Assembly: GCA_012295275.1 (NCBI GenBank)
Contig: CM022665.1
Span: 27,838,001 to 27,902,000 of the forward strand
Reading direction: 5' to 3'
Length of the DNA: 64,000 nucleotides
Origin: Chrysomallon squamiferum
Lineage: Eukaryota; Animalia; Mollusca
Each line of letters starts with the position of its first letter. Positions within the stretch are counted from its first letter, which is position 1. The notes beneath the pieces are model-generated. The model was given only the letters and a program-made list of their open reading frames with translations. It made no database searches and was not told the DNA's origin. Position numbers and translations under genes: made by a program. This document shows, in pieces, positions 28,369-41,629 of this stretch.

Positions 28369-28786
28369 ATGAAGATCTTGTTCTTGTTCCTGTTACTGTC
28401 TGCATCCGGCGTTTCTGCTCAAAGTAATTTCATATCTTTATTTCATATTTTTATTAACAATTTTTTTATTATTATTTATATTGGTTTTCTTTTATTATAT
28501 AATTTATACATTTTCATTGTTTAAATGGAAACAATATGTTGTTCAGTACTGTTCATTTACTATTTCTTTATTTATATTTTTTGCCGTAGGTCGCTGTGGT
28601 TTGCCAGTGAGACAAGGAAAGGTCTGTTCTAAACATAACGAGATTCCGGTTGCAGTTTTTCGATGGTTTTATGATTTTAGATTAGAAATTTGTAAGCGAC
28701 TGCCGTATTTTGGCTGCGGAGGAAATTCAAATCGGTTTAAATCCAAGACCACTTGTGTTGATGTGTGTATGTCAAAGATTAGATAG
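28369..28786 (+). CDS. Kunitz gene 16
   Basis: Exon 28369-28423 (MKILFLFLLLSASGVSAQ) and exon 28590-28786 (RCGLPVRQGKVCSKHNEIPVAVFRWFY...CVDVCMSKIR*). Confidence 0.87.
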
Positions 28787-29478
28787 TTATATATATATAT
28801 TAATTTTCAGGTCCAGGATTTGTCACGAACATATTTATATATGATTATATATTTACTGAATGTATATTATTAACTATTTATAAGCAATAAACTATTATTG
28901 TAACAGCAATTTGTTTGTTTGTTAATGTTCCCCACGTTTAATAAGATTTGGAGTTGAAATATCACAGTATGGTGGCATTTTTAAATTTTGTTTTGTTTTT
29001 GCTGTGTTGTTGCTGACGTTGCTGCTGCTGTTGCTATTGATGTTGTTATTCATTAGTTTGTGATTCATCTTTTTCTATATAGCATAAAGTCATTGCTCAC
29101 ATAATTATTGCGTCAGTATTACGTCATAAGGCGTATAATCACATGTCGTTTGCGATTCTTCATCCTTTTATCGGTGAGTGAGTAAATTATTTTCAAAACT
29201 GAAAGAAAGAAATTTAAATTTAAATTTGCAAAAAGCGTAATAAGAAAAACATCTCCAGACATTGTTATTATATTTAAACACTCAAGGCAACCGTTGAAAT
29301 AATAAGGTAAGTTTTGCGTTTTCAAAAATTATTTTTAAATACCTTTTAGAATATGAAACATTTTAAAAATTAAAATTGTATTTAACAATGTTTATTCTCT
29401 ATTCAAGATGTTTTATTATCTGAATACGTATAAATTAAAATTTATATATATATATATAAAATATATTTCAGATTGACA

Positions 29479-29961
29479 ATGAAGATCCTATTGTTATTCC
29501 TAGTATTTCTGCTTGCTTATAGCGTTTCTGCTAACAGTGAGTAACTTCATATTTTTATAATGTAGTACAAGTAGTAGCAGGACAATAAAAACAATAACAG
29601 AGACAACTGAAAATTCAAAACAAGTTACGCACAAGAACTGTGGTCAAAGATGCCAGCCGTATGTGCAGGAATCAGTTTTCAATTTACAAAATTATGAAAA
29701 ACTAGGAACAAAACGTTTATCTGCTTCATGCTGTGTTCTGTTGTGTAAAGAGTTACTATTTTATCTGTAGGTCGCTGTGATATGCCTGTCAGACAAGGAA
29801 GAATCTGTCCGGATGATGATGAGGAACCGGTTCCCGTTTTTCGGTGGTTTTATGACTCGAAAGCAGATCTGTGTAAACGGTTACCTTACTTTGGATGTGG
29901 AGGAAACGGAAACCGGTTTAGAACCAAAGCTGCTTGCATTGATATGTGTGTCGAAGACTAG
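29479..29961 (+). CDS. Kunitz gene 17
   Basis: Exon 29479-29536 (MKILLLFLVFLLAYSVSAN) and exon 29771-29961 (RCDMPVRQGRICPDDDEEPVPVFRWFYDSKADLCKRLPYFGCGGNGNRFRTKAACIDMCVED*). Confidence 0.9.
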
Positions 29962-30811
29962 ATAGCAGAACTGTTTATTAGTCGTTAATATATTTTATTT
30001 ATTTATTTATTTATTTATTTATATATTTATTAATTTATTTATTTATTTTTCATTGGATATTCAAGTTTTGTCATCAAATATGATGATGTTATCTTTGTAC
30101 AATTTATTAAAGTATTAAATTATTTTACAAGCAGTTATAGTTTACTTATCTGTACAAATGCTCCCCAAATAACTTACTTTTTTCAAAATGTAAAACATCT
30201 TATTTTATGATTTGCGAATACCATTTTTAAAATTCATTATACAATCACGATTTATTAACGAAGTTTGGGGATGAAGACCGGGGTCGTTTATTTAATATTT
30301 TATTTTTATTTTTATTTTTTATATTATTTCATGTTTTTATATTGTTGTTGATGGTGTTGTTGTTCATTTACTCAGTTTCATTTTTTCCTTCCCTACACTG
30401 GTGTCGTTATTTCTTGCGTCATTACTCTATCAGTATTACGTCACAGGGTCTAAATCACATGTGCTTTGCAATTAATCAGCGTGTTGTCAGTCAGTGACAG
30501 AACAAATTATTCTAAAAAAAAAAAAAAAATAATAATAAATAAATAAATAACATTGTATTAATGAAAGTTCATGAATTATAAATCAAAATTATTTTGCGAA
30601 AGAAAGAAAATGAATTAAGAAACGCAGCTGGTTTTAACTACTTCTCATTTTATCTTGTAAACAAACATCCGAGGACGCCGTTGAATTTATAAGGTAAGTA
30701 TGCATTTTTTTTTTGTTCTTCTTTATAATACCTTTTTGAATGCCAGTTTCGTATTCACTATGTTTTATACGTAAATAAATGTTTATTAAATATTTCAGAT
30801 TGACAAGGAAG

Positions 30812-30900
30812 ATGTTGTTTTCTCTGTTGTTGATACTGTTCATTTCTAGCGTTTCTGCTCAAAGTATGTAATTTCAAATTCACTAATTATATAATCTTCT

Positions 30901-30949
<49 letters not shown>

Positions 30950-31231
30950 TAAACACACAGCAGTTTTTGTAATTATAATCGTTATATAAATATATACATA
31001 CATACTGCATAATGTTTAAAAAATGTTATTATTGCCGCAGGTCAGTGTATTATGCCTATCAGACTAGGAAAAGTCTGTCCAATTGAGAAAAAAAAATCGG
31101 TAGCAGTTTTTCGATGGTTTTATGATGACAAAGTTGAAGTATGTAAACGGTTACCGTACTTTGGCTGTGGAGGAAACCAAAACCGGTTTAAAACTAAAGC
31201 TGAGTGTATTAACATCTGCATCAAAGACTAA
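30812..31231 (+). CDS. Kunitz gene 18, shifted start and basic loop
   Basis: The usual ATG position reads AGG (30806). In-frame ATG 30812 gives MLFSLLLILFISSVSAQ to 30863; exon 31041-31231 reads QCIMPIRLGKVCPIEKKKSVAVFRWFY...CINICIKD*. Confidence 0.78.
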
Positions 31232-31263
31232 TGAATTCACCAGATTTTGTTATTGTTTTTATT

Positions 31264-31303
<40 letters not shown>

Positions 31304-31701
31304 TTATTAGTATTCATATTTAAAAAGTACATATAATATCTAATTTCATAGAAAAATATATGTGAAAAATATTGATTTTCTATGATATAATTATCGAACA
31401 TTTTTAAATGTTTTGTACAATTCTATATTTATAGGCATAAATGTAATACAGAAGCAGTTGTTGTTCTGTTTTCAATATATTTGCTTTAAATTATGTTCCC
31501 ACTGTGTATTTATTAATTTTCATTTGTTATATTCGATCTTTGAACTGATAACTACATATGTTTAAAAATCGACAATATTCTATTTTATGACTGACTTACT
31601 ACATTCATTTTACAATAACAATTTATTATTAAGTGGATTTATGAGGTAATTTGGTGCTTTTTAATATTTCATGTCATTTTAATCGTTTTGCAGTTTATGT
31701 T

Positions 31702-32175
31702 TAACCCTAACCCTAGCTCTAGCTCTAACCCTAACCCTAATCCTAATCCTAATTCTAACCCTAACCCTAACCCTAATCCTAATCCTAACCCTAACCCTAA
31801 CACTAACACTAACCCAATCTCAAATTCTAAACCTAATCCTACGCAAGTCCCCAACACTGATTCTAACACTACTTCCAATCGTGACACTCAAATTATTTTG
31901 GACATTATCATAAGACTCATAATAAAATTTAAATAACCCTAACTGTAAGCCTAAACCTAACCCTAAACCTGACCCTAACTCAACTTCTAAACCTAATCCT
32001 ATGCAAATAGCCAACATTAATTCTTATCCTAACGCTGCTTCCAATCGTGACCCTCAAATTATTTTGGACATTATCATAACACTCGTAATAAAATTTAAAT
32101 AACCGTAGCTCTAACCCTAACCCTAACCCTAGCCCTAGCCCTAGCCCTAGGCCTAACACCAACCCTAAACCAATC
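31702..32175. repeat. Degenerate (TAACCC)n tracts around two copies of a ~120-bp core
   Basis: TAACCC/TAATCC/TAGCCC runs; the core cttccaatcgtga.actcaaattattttggacattatcataa..ctc.taataaaatttaaataacc occurs at about 31826-31945 and 31987-32110. Confidence 0.85.
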
Positions 32176-32754
32176 TCAAATTTGTTTTTCTAGACTGATG
32201 ATAATACTGGCTGAAAATATAAAATATTTTACCTAATGGTGTACGAAAAACATTAATAATTCATTTACATAATTACAATTTATTGACATGCTGTTTTTTT
32301 GATGATGTTCTTTCGATTATGATTTATCTTTCTTACATAATTAATGCATAAATATTATGCCTGTATGACGTCATAGGGTGTCTTAATCACGTGTCTTGAA
32401 AAGTAATCAACCTGTTGCCAGTAAATGTGAATTATTTTAAAGAACGGAAATAAAGAAAATAATAATAATGATATAATAACAAAAGAAAATACATACTTGA
32501 TTAATAAATGTATGAACTATTTGAGATAAATGAATTAAAAGAATCAACATCTAAGTTTTCCAAGATCTTCAACGTCATTATTGCAGGCAGCCATTAATAT
32601 AATAACTAAATAAGGTAAGAGCTGTGTATTTTAAAATAATTTATAATATTAAAGTTTTAAAAAATGTATATTTATATATTATACAGTTCTGTGGTCTATA
32701 TTTGATATCTGAATACATAGATATTAATATTTATAAAAATGTTTCAGATTGACA

Positions 32755-33802
32755 ATGAAGGTCTTCTTCTTGTTTCTCATGTTACTGTTCGCTTCCAGCG
32801 TTTCTGGTTACCGTAAGTAATTTTTTAATTTGATCTAATTTGTTTATGAATATTATGACTATTGTGATTAGTTAGTTGTGGTAGTAGTAGTAATACTTTG
32901 GAGTGCGGACGAATGTCGAGTCACGTCAGCGGCATCTGGTGTGGCTTATGATGTCGTGATTGGACTGTGCAGAATCTAATCAGAAGTAAATAAGATAGAG
33001 AATATTCAAATCCTAAAATACATACGTACGTTCACAGATACATACATACATACATACATACATACATACATACATACATACATACATACATACATACATA
33101 CATACATACATACATAAATACAAACATACATTAATCCGTTCAAAGCATATATATGGTCGTACGAATAAATTATCTAATAAAAATCTTTATACTTCCAAGT
33201 TACTATTTTATTGTTTTGGAGCGATCTTAGATCGCTCATAAGAAAAATAACAATAACATAATACTGTTGTAAATAATTTCATAGCTGCCATTTCACTCCT
33301 AAACAAATAGGTTGATGAAGTCCAGTGTATATGGCGGACTGGCAGATGTTTTCATTTCGGACAATATTTGAAGAAGTTTTAGAGCAAATTGACCAGCACT
33401 GTATGCAACTACATAAAAGTTGCGTCGCCCTGTATTTTAAACCTACTATTATTGTTATTCTTTGTTACTAATTCAGCACGAAGGGCAAAAATAAATTATA
33501 TATAAGTTGTAAATATGCAGAATATGTTTAGACAATTTAGCTTTATCATCAAAGTGTCACTTTAAAACAGTTCTTATTATTGCAGTAATGACATATTTGT
33601 TTTAGCCGAAGCTCGCTGTGATCTGCCTATCAGATTAGGAAAAGTGTGTCCGCATGGATACCAGGATGCGGTTGCCATGTTTCGATGGTTTTACGACATC
33701 GATTACGATCTTTGCACACGGTTACAGTATTTAGGATGCGGGGGAAACGGAAACCGATTTAAAACGAAACGGGCTTGTTTTGTCATGTGTGTCGCAGAAT
33801 AG
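32755..33802 (+). CDS. Kunitz gene 19 (not in the ORF track)
   Basis: Exon 32755-32812 (MKVFFLFLMLLFASSVSGY) and exon 33606-33802 (EARCDLPIRLGKVCPHGYQDAVAMFRWFYDIDYDLCTRLQYLGCGGNGNRFKTKRACFVMCVAE*). Confidence 0.88.
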
Positions 33803-34659
33803 ACAGTTTTATTATTATTATTATTATTATTATTTATTATTATTATTGTTATTATTATTATTCGCAGCTTTTTAATTTATTATAATCAACTTTTGATAAC
33901 GGAATCTGTTTAATCTATACTCTCTATTCTTATTATATATAACAATTTTAATTTTTTGGGGGGAATAATAAATAATTATTGAAAATGCTATTGTTTGTTT
34001 TCTGTTGTTCATGTTTTTGTTTTTGTGTGTTTTTTTTAGATGGTGTTGTTTATTTTGTTGTTGTTGGGGTTTTTTGTTTGTTTATTTATTTTATTGTTTG
34101 TTGGTGTTGTTGTTTTATTTTTTAAATATCTCATTTATTTATTTATTTACTTTGTCTTGTTATTGTTGTCAATTCGTTGTCATTTTTTGTTTACATCATC
34201 AGACCATCAATATTACGTCATATACCGTTTTTATCACAAATCACTTGCAAACGCTATAGTTTAAAATGAATTCTTTAAAATAGTAATAACAAATCGAAAT
34301 TGATAAATAATAAATTTATATATTATGAACTATTTTTGAAAAAAGTAATTTAAAAAAAATTAAATTAATAAAAACCCAAAACATTTTTAAAAAAGAAGAA
34401 AACAACAACAAAAAAGAAAGATAAGGACTTTCTTCATGCAGCTTTATTTTTTGTAAACAGTAAATATTCAAACCAGACATCGAAATAATTATAAGGTAAG
34501 TCTCAACTTTTTAAAATATTTATAAATATATATATTTTTTTAAATACTGGCATTACAAGGTTTTATTTTAATTATAAAGCAACAATAGCTGTTTATTCAA
34601 GATATTTTATATCTGAATACGTATAACTTAATATTTATAAATAATATTTCAGACTGACA

Positions 34660-35319
34660 ATGAAGCTTTTGTTGTTATTGCTGGTGATGCTCTTCGCTTC
34701 AAGCGTTTCTGCTCAAGGTAAATATCTGCATATCTTTACATAATTCTTCTTCTTCTTCTTTACATTGTTTTATTTTTTCTTCTTCTCTTTATTAAGCGGT
34801 TTTGAATAAACAAATAGAGAGAAAAACAGACAGATGGTCAGGTAGATAGACAGATATATAGATAGTAAAGATAGACAGAGAGACAGATATATATATAGAA
34901 ATGGAGAGGTAAATGTATGGATCGATAGATAGAGAGATAGACAGATATCGGATCGAGAGATAAATAGATAGCTTTTCTTTTACTTTATTTTCTATGCGAA
35001 AATTCTTTCTTTTGTGAATTAGAAAGGGACATTATGAAGTGCTTACTTTCTGTATTATTTCTGTGTCTCGGTAGATAGGTCATTTCTGTTCTTGGGAGTA
35101 CTGTCAAACAGCAAGTATGTTTTACACGCAGGTCGATGCGACATGCCTATCAGACAAGGCAAAGTCTGCCCAGGCGAAGAAGACGCAGAGGCCGTCCTGC
35201 GATGGTTTTACGACGTCGAATCTGATGTCTGTCTTAAGTTAAAGTACTTTGGATGCGGAGGAAACGGAAACAGATTTAGATCAAAACGTGCTTGTTCAGA
35301 CATGTGTATCGAAGACTAG
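34660..35319 (+). CDS. Kunitz gene 20
   Basis: Exon 34660-34717 (MKLLLLLLVMLFASSVSAQ) and exon 35132-35319 (RCDMPIRQGKVCPGEEDAEAVLRWFY...CSDMCIED*). Confidence 0.9.
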
Positions 35320-35766
35320 TTTTCTCTTTCGAACTAATTTTAAAACTTTATGTATTAATAATAAAAAACAACAACAACAAAATAATAATAATAATAAAAC
35401 AACAACAAAAACTATTTATTTGTCATGATATCCTTAAAAGATTTTCAGTATTTTATATAAAGTAATCGCTATTTTGGTGCAATAAATTATTATAAATAAG
35501 TTTTTGGTTTTGTTGTCTCTGTAAGGACTGTTTATATTCTCGGTATGAGATTTTCTGATATGGTTATTCATTCGTTCCTTCTTTATGTTCGATTTATTCC
35601 ATTCATTGTCGTAATTTCTTACATCATCACTACATGAGTATTACGTCATAAGGTATCTTAAACACACGTGGTTTGCAACAAATGTGTTAAGAAATACAAC
35701 TTGTTATTTTGGGACATCGTCATATACCATTGTTAGAATATAGTCGAAAGTTTGAGGTAAAATCTG

Positions 35767-35815
<49 letters not shown>

Positions 35816-35924
35816 TTACAATTACTTTTTAGAATATTAAATATTTTTTGAAATGTATATATAACAATGCTGATTCAGGATGTTTGATATTAATATCTGT
35901 AAAAAAAAATATTTCAGACTGACA

Positions 35925-36239
35925 ATGAAGATCTTGTTTTGTTGATGGTGTTACTCTTCGATTCCAACGTTTCTGCTCAATGTAATTTCTAATCTTAATT
36001 TGAATTATTGTTTTATTTTATTTTTATATTATTATATGTCTTGTTTTCTTTCAGTTTATTATTATTATTATTAGTAGTAGTAGTAGTAGTAGTAGTAAGG
36101 TTATTAAGTTTATTTTCATAAACTTCTTTCTTTCATTGTTTAAAAAGAACCCATATTAATATTGTTGTTGTTTTGTTGTTGCATTCATTCATACATAATA
36201 CAAAATTTCACCTGTATTAAACTATCTATATTGTTATGC

Positions 36240-36292
<53 letters not shown>

Positions 36293-36515
36293 GTGCTGTA
36301 CGGTTGTGTTTGCTTCAGATGTAAATCGCTGTGATTTGCCTGTCAGACAAGGGAAGATTTGTCCTGATGAAAACCACGGTCCGTTTCCCACGTTTCGGTG
36401 GTTTTACGAGGTTGAATTAAATGTTTGCTCGCGGTTGCCGTACTTTGGATGCGGAGGAAATGAAAACCAGTTTGAAACGAAAAGTGATTGCTTTGAACTA
36501 TGTATTCAACTCTAA
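35925..36515 (+). pseudogene. Kunitz gene 21, frameshifted signal exon with intact Kunitz exon
   Basis: ATG 35925 reads MKILFC*. The remaining in-frame ATG 35945 gives only MVLLFDSNVSAQ to 35981. Exon 36319-36515 is intact with six Cys. Confidence 0.65.
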
Positions 36516-37499
36516 TATTATTAGACAACCCCTGTTCACTGGCAATAAATTATGACAAAAGCTTCAGTAGTTTTGTTGTGTATAAAGTTTGTTTAGACCT
36601 GCAGCTAGACAAAAGGAATTCTTGTTGTAATCTTCATCATAACACTTAGGATTTCTCTATAAATTCGCAAACTAGTTGATTGTTTGTTTATTTTATTTTA
36701 TTCTTTTGTATTTATTTGTTGTTGTTGTTGTCGTCGTCGTCGTCGTATTCTTTCTTTAAATTTTTAAATACAGTTATAACTGTGATGATGATGGTGATGA
36801 TGATGATGATATATTTACAGTAAAACTTCCAAGCAGATGTCATGGATTTCAGAAATGTATTTGTGGTTTGTCATACGTCATAAAATTACTATTTAAGTGC
36901 CGTGATTAAATGTGGGTTCTTAAAATTCATTCCCACATTCAAACATCTTTTCAAAAGTCATTTCAGTGAAATTCAACGTCTTTTCCATTTACGTTCACAT
37001 CAGCAAACATCATTCATCTAGTTTTTGTCTGTTGTTCTTAATATAGTCTTAACAGGAAAAGGTTGTATTTATTATTACAGCCTTTACTGGCACTAAGATT
37101 ATACTTCGTGATAGGTGCAAAAAAAAAAAAAAATAATAATAATAATAATAAAAAATAATAAATAAATAAATAAATAAACATCAGTAAAATCATAAGTTTG
37201 GAGCTATTTGATTGACCACTTTTATTTATCACTAAAATAGGGATACAACGAGTCACCCTTATATTTCCCAAACAGAAAATTACTTTGGAGTAATAATTAT
37301 TGCGTTTTGGACGACTGATAAATAATTAAACGAAACAGTATTTTTTTTTTTTTTAACAGTACATCGAAAACCTAATTTTCTTCTTATAATTACAACTGCT
37401 TAATACAATATTTTATTTCTATCAAATTTGTATCTATAATTGAATTATTAAAGCAAAATAAAATAAAATATTTCTCTTAAAATTATTATTATTGTTATT

Positions 37500-37547
<48 letters not shown>

Positions 37548-38064
37548 ATTGTTATTATTATTATTATTATTATTAAGACGTTCGTCCAGTTCCAGATGGT
37601 TATCATTTCATAAAAATGCCATATTATTACAGATATTCAGAAGATCTTAGGACGGAATAAATTTTATTTAACATTACATATTTCATTATTTATTAATGTG
37701 ATCAAGCTTTTTATTTATTTATTTATTTCACGTTCATTAATTTTAACTTCCTTTTCTGTCCCGAGTATTTTCTGTTTTGACCTCTCTTTGACATCATTAC
37801 TGACATCACCTGACGTCATAACCTGCCTTTATTATGTATCACTTTCAAGTAGTTTTAAAGTTTGTTCACAGTTAGCAGGTTCAAACCGCAGAGTATAAAT
37901 TATTGTTTATAATTTAAATAAAAGACAGAAAAAAAAAATAATGATGATCTACAGCAAACTGAAAATATAAAATATTTGCGAGAAACGTATAAGAAAATAA
38001 TAAACTTGTTTTGTGCAAAATTCATATCAGTTTATCACAGAAACTGAAAGTTCTTGTAGCAAAC

Positions 38065-38998
38065 ATGATGCGGTAATGTCTACATTATTTTCTTCTTTTG
38101 TTGTATTTTATTAAGTAGTACAAATCGCTTTAGGATAACCATGTTGATTTCCCATTCACTGTTGTTATATCTGAACATGTATCTAAGTACATATATCTTT
38201 TGCATAACGTAAATCTTTTTTATTTTTTTATTTAATATTTCAGAACGGCAAAGGAGATTTCGCTGTTATTTGTGATATTACTGTTCGTTTTAAGCGTTTC
38301 TTTTCATTGTAAGTAACTCGAGATATTTGCTTTCTTACTTATTTATTTGTTATTGCTTTATATATATATACTTTATACGTTTACATATTATTATTATTAT
38401 TATTATTTCTTGATTTCAAGGTATCTCATTCACATTTAAAAGGTGATTTTCACTTTGATTCTTACAAGCAGGTATATGCAGAATTATTATGTTTTCATGA
38501 AAATATGCAATAACAGTTTTTCACGGAGTACTTGGAAACGACACTATCATGGTGATTAACCTTGACGATCAAATTCTTCCACGTCGGTGATTTTAAAATT
38601 TAAAAAACAAACATCTAGCTGATTATACAGCTGGAATCAAAATTTTACCCGACTGGGTCAATGTTCTGTTGACCTGTTGCTGCTGTAGTCGCTGCTTTTT
38701 TTTTTTTTTTTTTTTGGTGTTATCGTTCTTGTTGTTACTGATGTTGTTGTTTTGATGTTGTGGCTGTTGTTGCTGTTGTTGATATGACGTGTTTGGTTTG
38801 TCCACAGATCGTTGTGGTAGGCCGATTAGACAAGGACACGTTTGCCCCAATGATCTAGAAAACCCGGTACCCGTGTTTCAGTGGTTCTACGATGCACTAA
38901 CAGAACGCTGTTTGCGCTTACTTTATTTTGGATGCGGAGGAAACGAAAACCAGTTCCAAGCTAAAGCCGAATGTATTCAAAAATGTGTCAGAGATTAG
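38065..38998 (+). CDS. Kunitz gene 22, isoform A, with start codon in the upstream exon
   Basis: Exons 38065-38072 (ATG ATG CG, donor GTAATG), 38244-38308 and 38808-38998 splice to MMRTAKEISLLFVILLFVLSVSFH-YRCGRPIRQGHVCPNDLENPVPVFQWFY...CIQKCVRD*. Confidence 0.72.
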
Positions 38999-39597
38999 AT
39001 TCCTAAGTCATTGCTCCTTTTGGCAATGACTTTTTTATATTTATTTATTTATTTATTTATTTATGTATTTATTTATTTATTTAATTAATTATTTATTTAT
39101 GTATTTATGTATTTATGTATTTATTTATTCATTCAGTCATTCATTCATTTATGATTTATTTGTAACATTTCTGAAAGAATTATATAATCACTATCTATTT
39201 GCAATAAATTCTTACCGAAACAGCTGCTGTTTTGTTGTATTTATAGTAGAGTTTGTTTATAAATCCAACTTCAGATTGGGCCTATGCTAACAACATTTTA
39301 TTTTAGAATCTTTACTTTGCGTATGTTTTATTATCTATATGTTAAGAATTGGTTAATACAAGGATGTGGAAATGTGAATTATTTCTGACTGTGTGTGTAT
39401 GTCCTACATATTATTGTATGTATGCGTATGTGTATGTATATATGTATGTATGTGTTTGTACATGGGTATGTGAGTGCATGCATTTGTATGTATGTTTATA
39501 TGTATATGTATGTAGACAGTATGTAAATATTTGTTCTGTACTGTAAAGAACATTTATTGTTATTCTTGTTGTAATAGGATTTTTCGTTTATTCGCAG

Positions 39598-39788
39598 ATC
39601 GCTGTGACATGCCGATCGCTGAAGGAAAACTCTGTCCACACCCTGAGAATGACACATTCCCAGTGTTTCGATGGTTCTACCTTCCTGAACTAGAAATGTG
39701 TAAACGCTTACTCTATTTTGGATGCGGAGGAAACGGAAACCGGTTTAAAACTAAAGCTGCTTGTATTGATTTGTGTGTCCCCACCTAA
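39598..39788 (+). CDS. Extra Kunitz terminal exon, probably an alternative last exon of gene 22
   Basis: Phase-1 CAG acceptor; RCDMPIAEGKLCPHPENDTFPVFRWFYLPELEMCKRLLYFGCGGNGNRFKTKAACIDLCVPT*. No signal exon or promoter motif seen in 38999-39597. Confidence 0.75.
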
Positions 39789-40391
39789 TCTTTCTGTATT
39801 TTAGCAACGAAAATATATATATATATATTTCTGTCTATTTACTGGCAATATATTTTTGCAAAAACAGTTGTGTTGTTGTTTATGTTCACCTAAAAGCTAT
39901 AAAATGCCACAGTAACTATATTTGTTTAAAATTCTATATTTATTTCCTTTTAATTGGAATGGGTAAATCAGAGAGGTATTATTATGAAAAACTAAATTAA
40001 AAGAAAAAGCAGATTCTTAAAAAAAAAAAAAATAATAATATATACCTTCCTCTGCCTCTATTTAGTACAACAAATCCTACTCTGTCATAATCGCGCAAGC
40101 GCAAAATAGATGCTACTGAACTCTCGTAAAGCTAGATAAAATCGCACATATCCTCTTAGTATTCATTTTATTCAGCCCTCTTGACTGATTTATTTATTTA
40201 TTTATTTAACGATCCCAGAATTTAGTGTATGAAACTCAGTTTTCATTAGTTTGTTCAATCAACAACAGTGGATGCGCCAGCAGTTATGAACAAATACCGC
40301 AACAAATCATTCAAGAAAGATTATTTTATTTATTTATTAGTCTTTTCATTATTTCTTTGTTTATTATATATATATATATATATATATATTG

Positions 40392-40508
40392 AATAACTGG
40401 TTACTGTCTCAAGATATCGGCTTTATCTTGCGAAGGTGAGAATACCTATTTGCAACGAGACTATGCCGTGTTGCAACAAACATTCGATCTGAGTAGTAAC
40501 CAGTTATT
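40392..40508. mobile_element. Short foldback element, possibly a non-autonomous transposon remnant
   Basis: Perfect 14-bp inverted repeat aataactggttact (40392-40405) / agtaaccagttatt (40495-40508) with inner ttgcaac...gttgcaa arms. Confidence 0.55.
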
Positions 40509-40872
40509 TCTTTTATCCTGCAGAACTAAATAACACACGAAAATTAAATTAAATTATGTTTTATTTCTCATCCCACCGCTCTGAAGATTCAAGCGTACTG
40601 ATTTCGTTACGTGAAAATAAAATAGTCCTTAAATAACAACAACTCATTTGTTATTTTTAAAATGGTCTTTAAAGGTCTAAACCAGTATTTAAATACTACT
40701 TAACTAACTTTGAATATATATATATATATATATATTTGTTTGTTTATAAAATATTTCGCATCGAAGTAAATATGGTTCTGTCCCAAAAACCTATATTTTT
40801 GGATCAATGCCCGAAAATATAAATATTAATCAGTTATAGCTTGCCACTACATATTGTGATTGCAATATATTA

Positions 40873-40915
<43 letters not shown>

Positions 40916-41289
40916 TTCCCAAACAGTTTTTGTTCTTGTCATTTTGACATCATCTGAGAAATCAGCATTACGTCATAAGATAGGCTTTCACTATCACGTG
41001 TCATTTTCAAGCGAAGTGTTCTTGAAATTTCACAATTCACAACTGAACCTGTTGATGAAAATTATTTTTATTTATTTATTTACTTATACTTTTCAAAAAT
41101 TTAAAATTTTGTTTAAAAAAAATCGTTTTAAAAAAAATACATTGTGAAATGAAATCGAATTAATTGTGAAATTCGTCTAAAAAAGAAAACAACTAACGTT
41201 TCGCCGTATTATTTTTGCAAAAGACAGCATCGTTGAAAGAATAAGGCAGGACCTACGTTACTTATTTGATTTATATTATATATGTATGT

Positions 41290-41349
<60 letters not shown>

Positions 41350-41464
41350 AAAAAGATATACTGAGCATTTATGATATTTTGTATCTGAAGATAAATGCAT
41401 ATATTTTTTATGTAAATTTATTTTTAATAACGTAAATATATTATGCAAATATTTCAGATTGATA

Positions 41465-41587
41465 ATGAAGATTTTATTCTTACTGCTGGTTATACCGTTT
41501 GCTTTAAGTACACTCGTTCACAGTGAGTGAACAGTTTTTATTTGGTTATACACGTTATTGTGTGCGTTATATTTAATTTAATGTATG

Positions 41588-41629
<42 letters not shown>

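Noticed and set aside
31669-32162. NP- and LG-repeat ORFs; a true telomere
   Set aside because: They are translations of degenerate TAACCC, and the tract is internal and interrupted.
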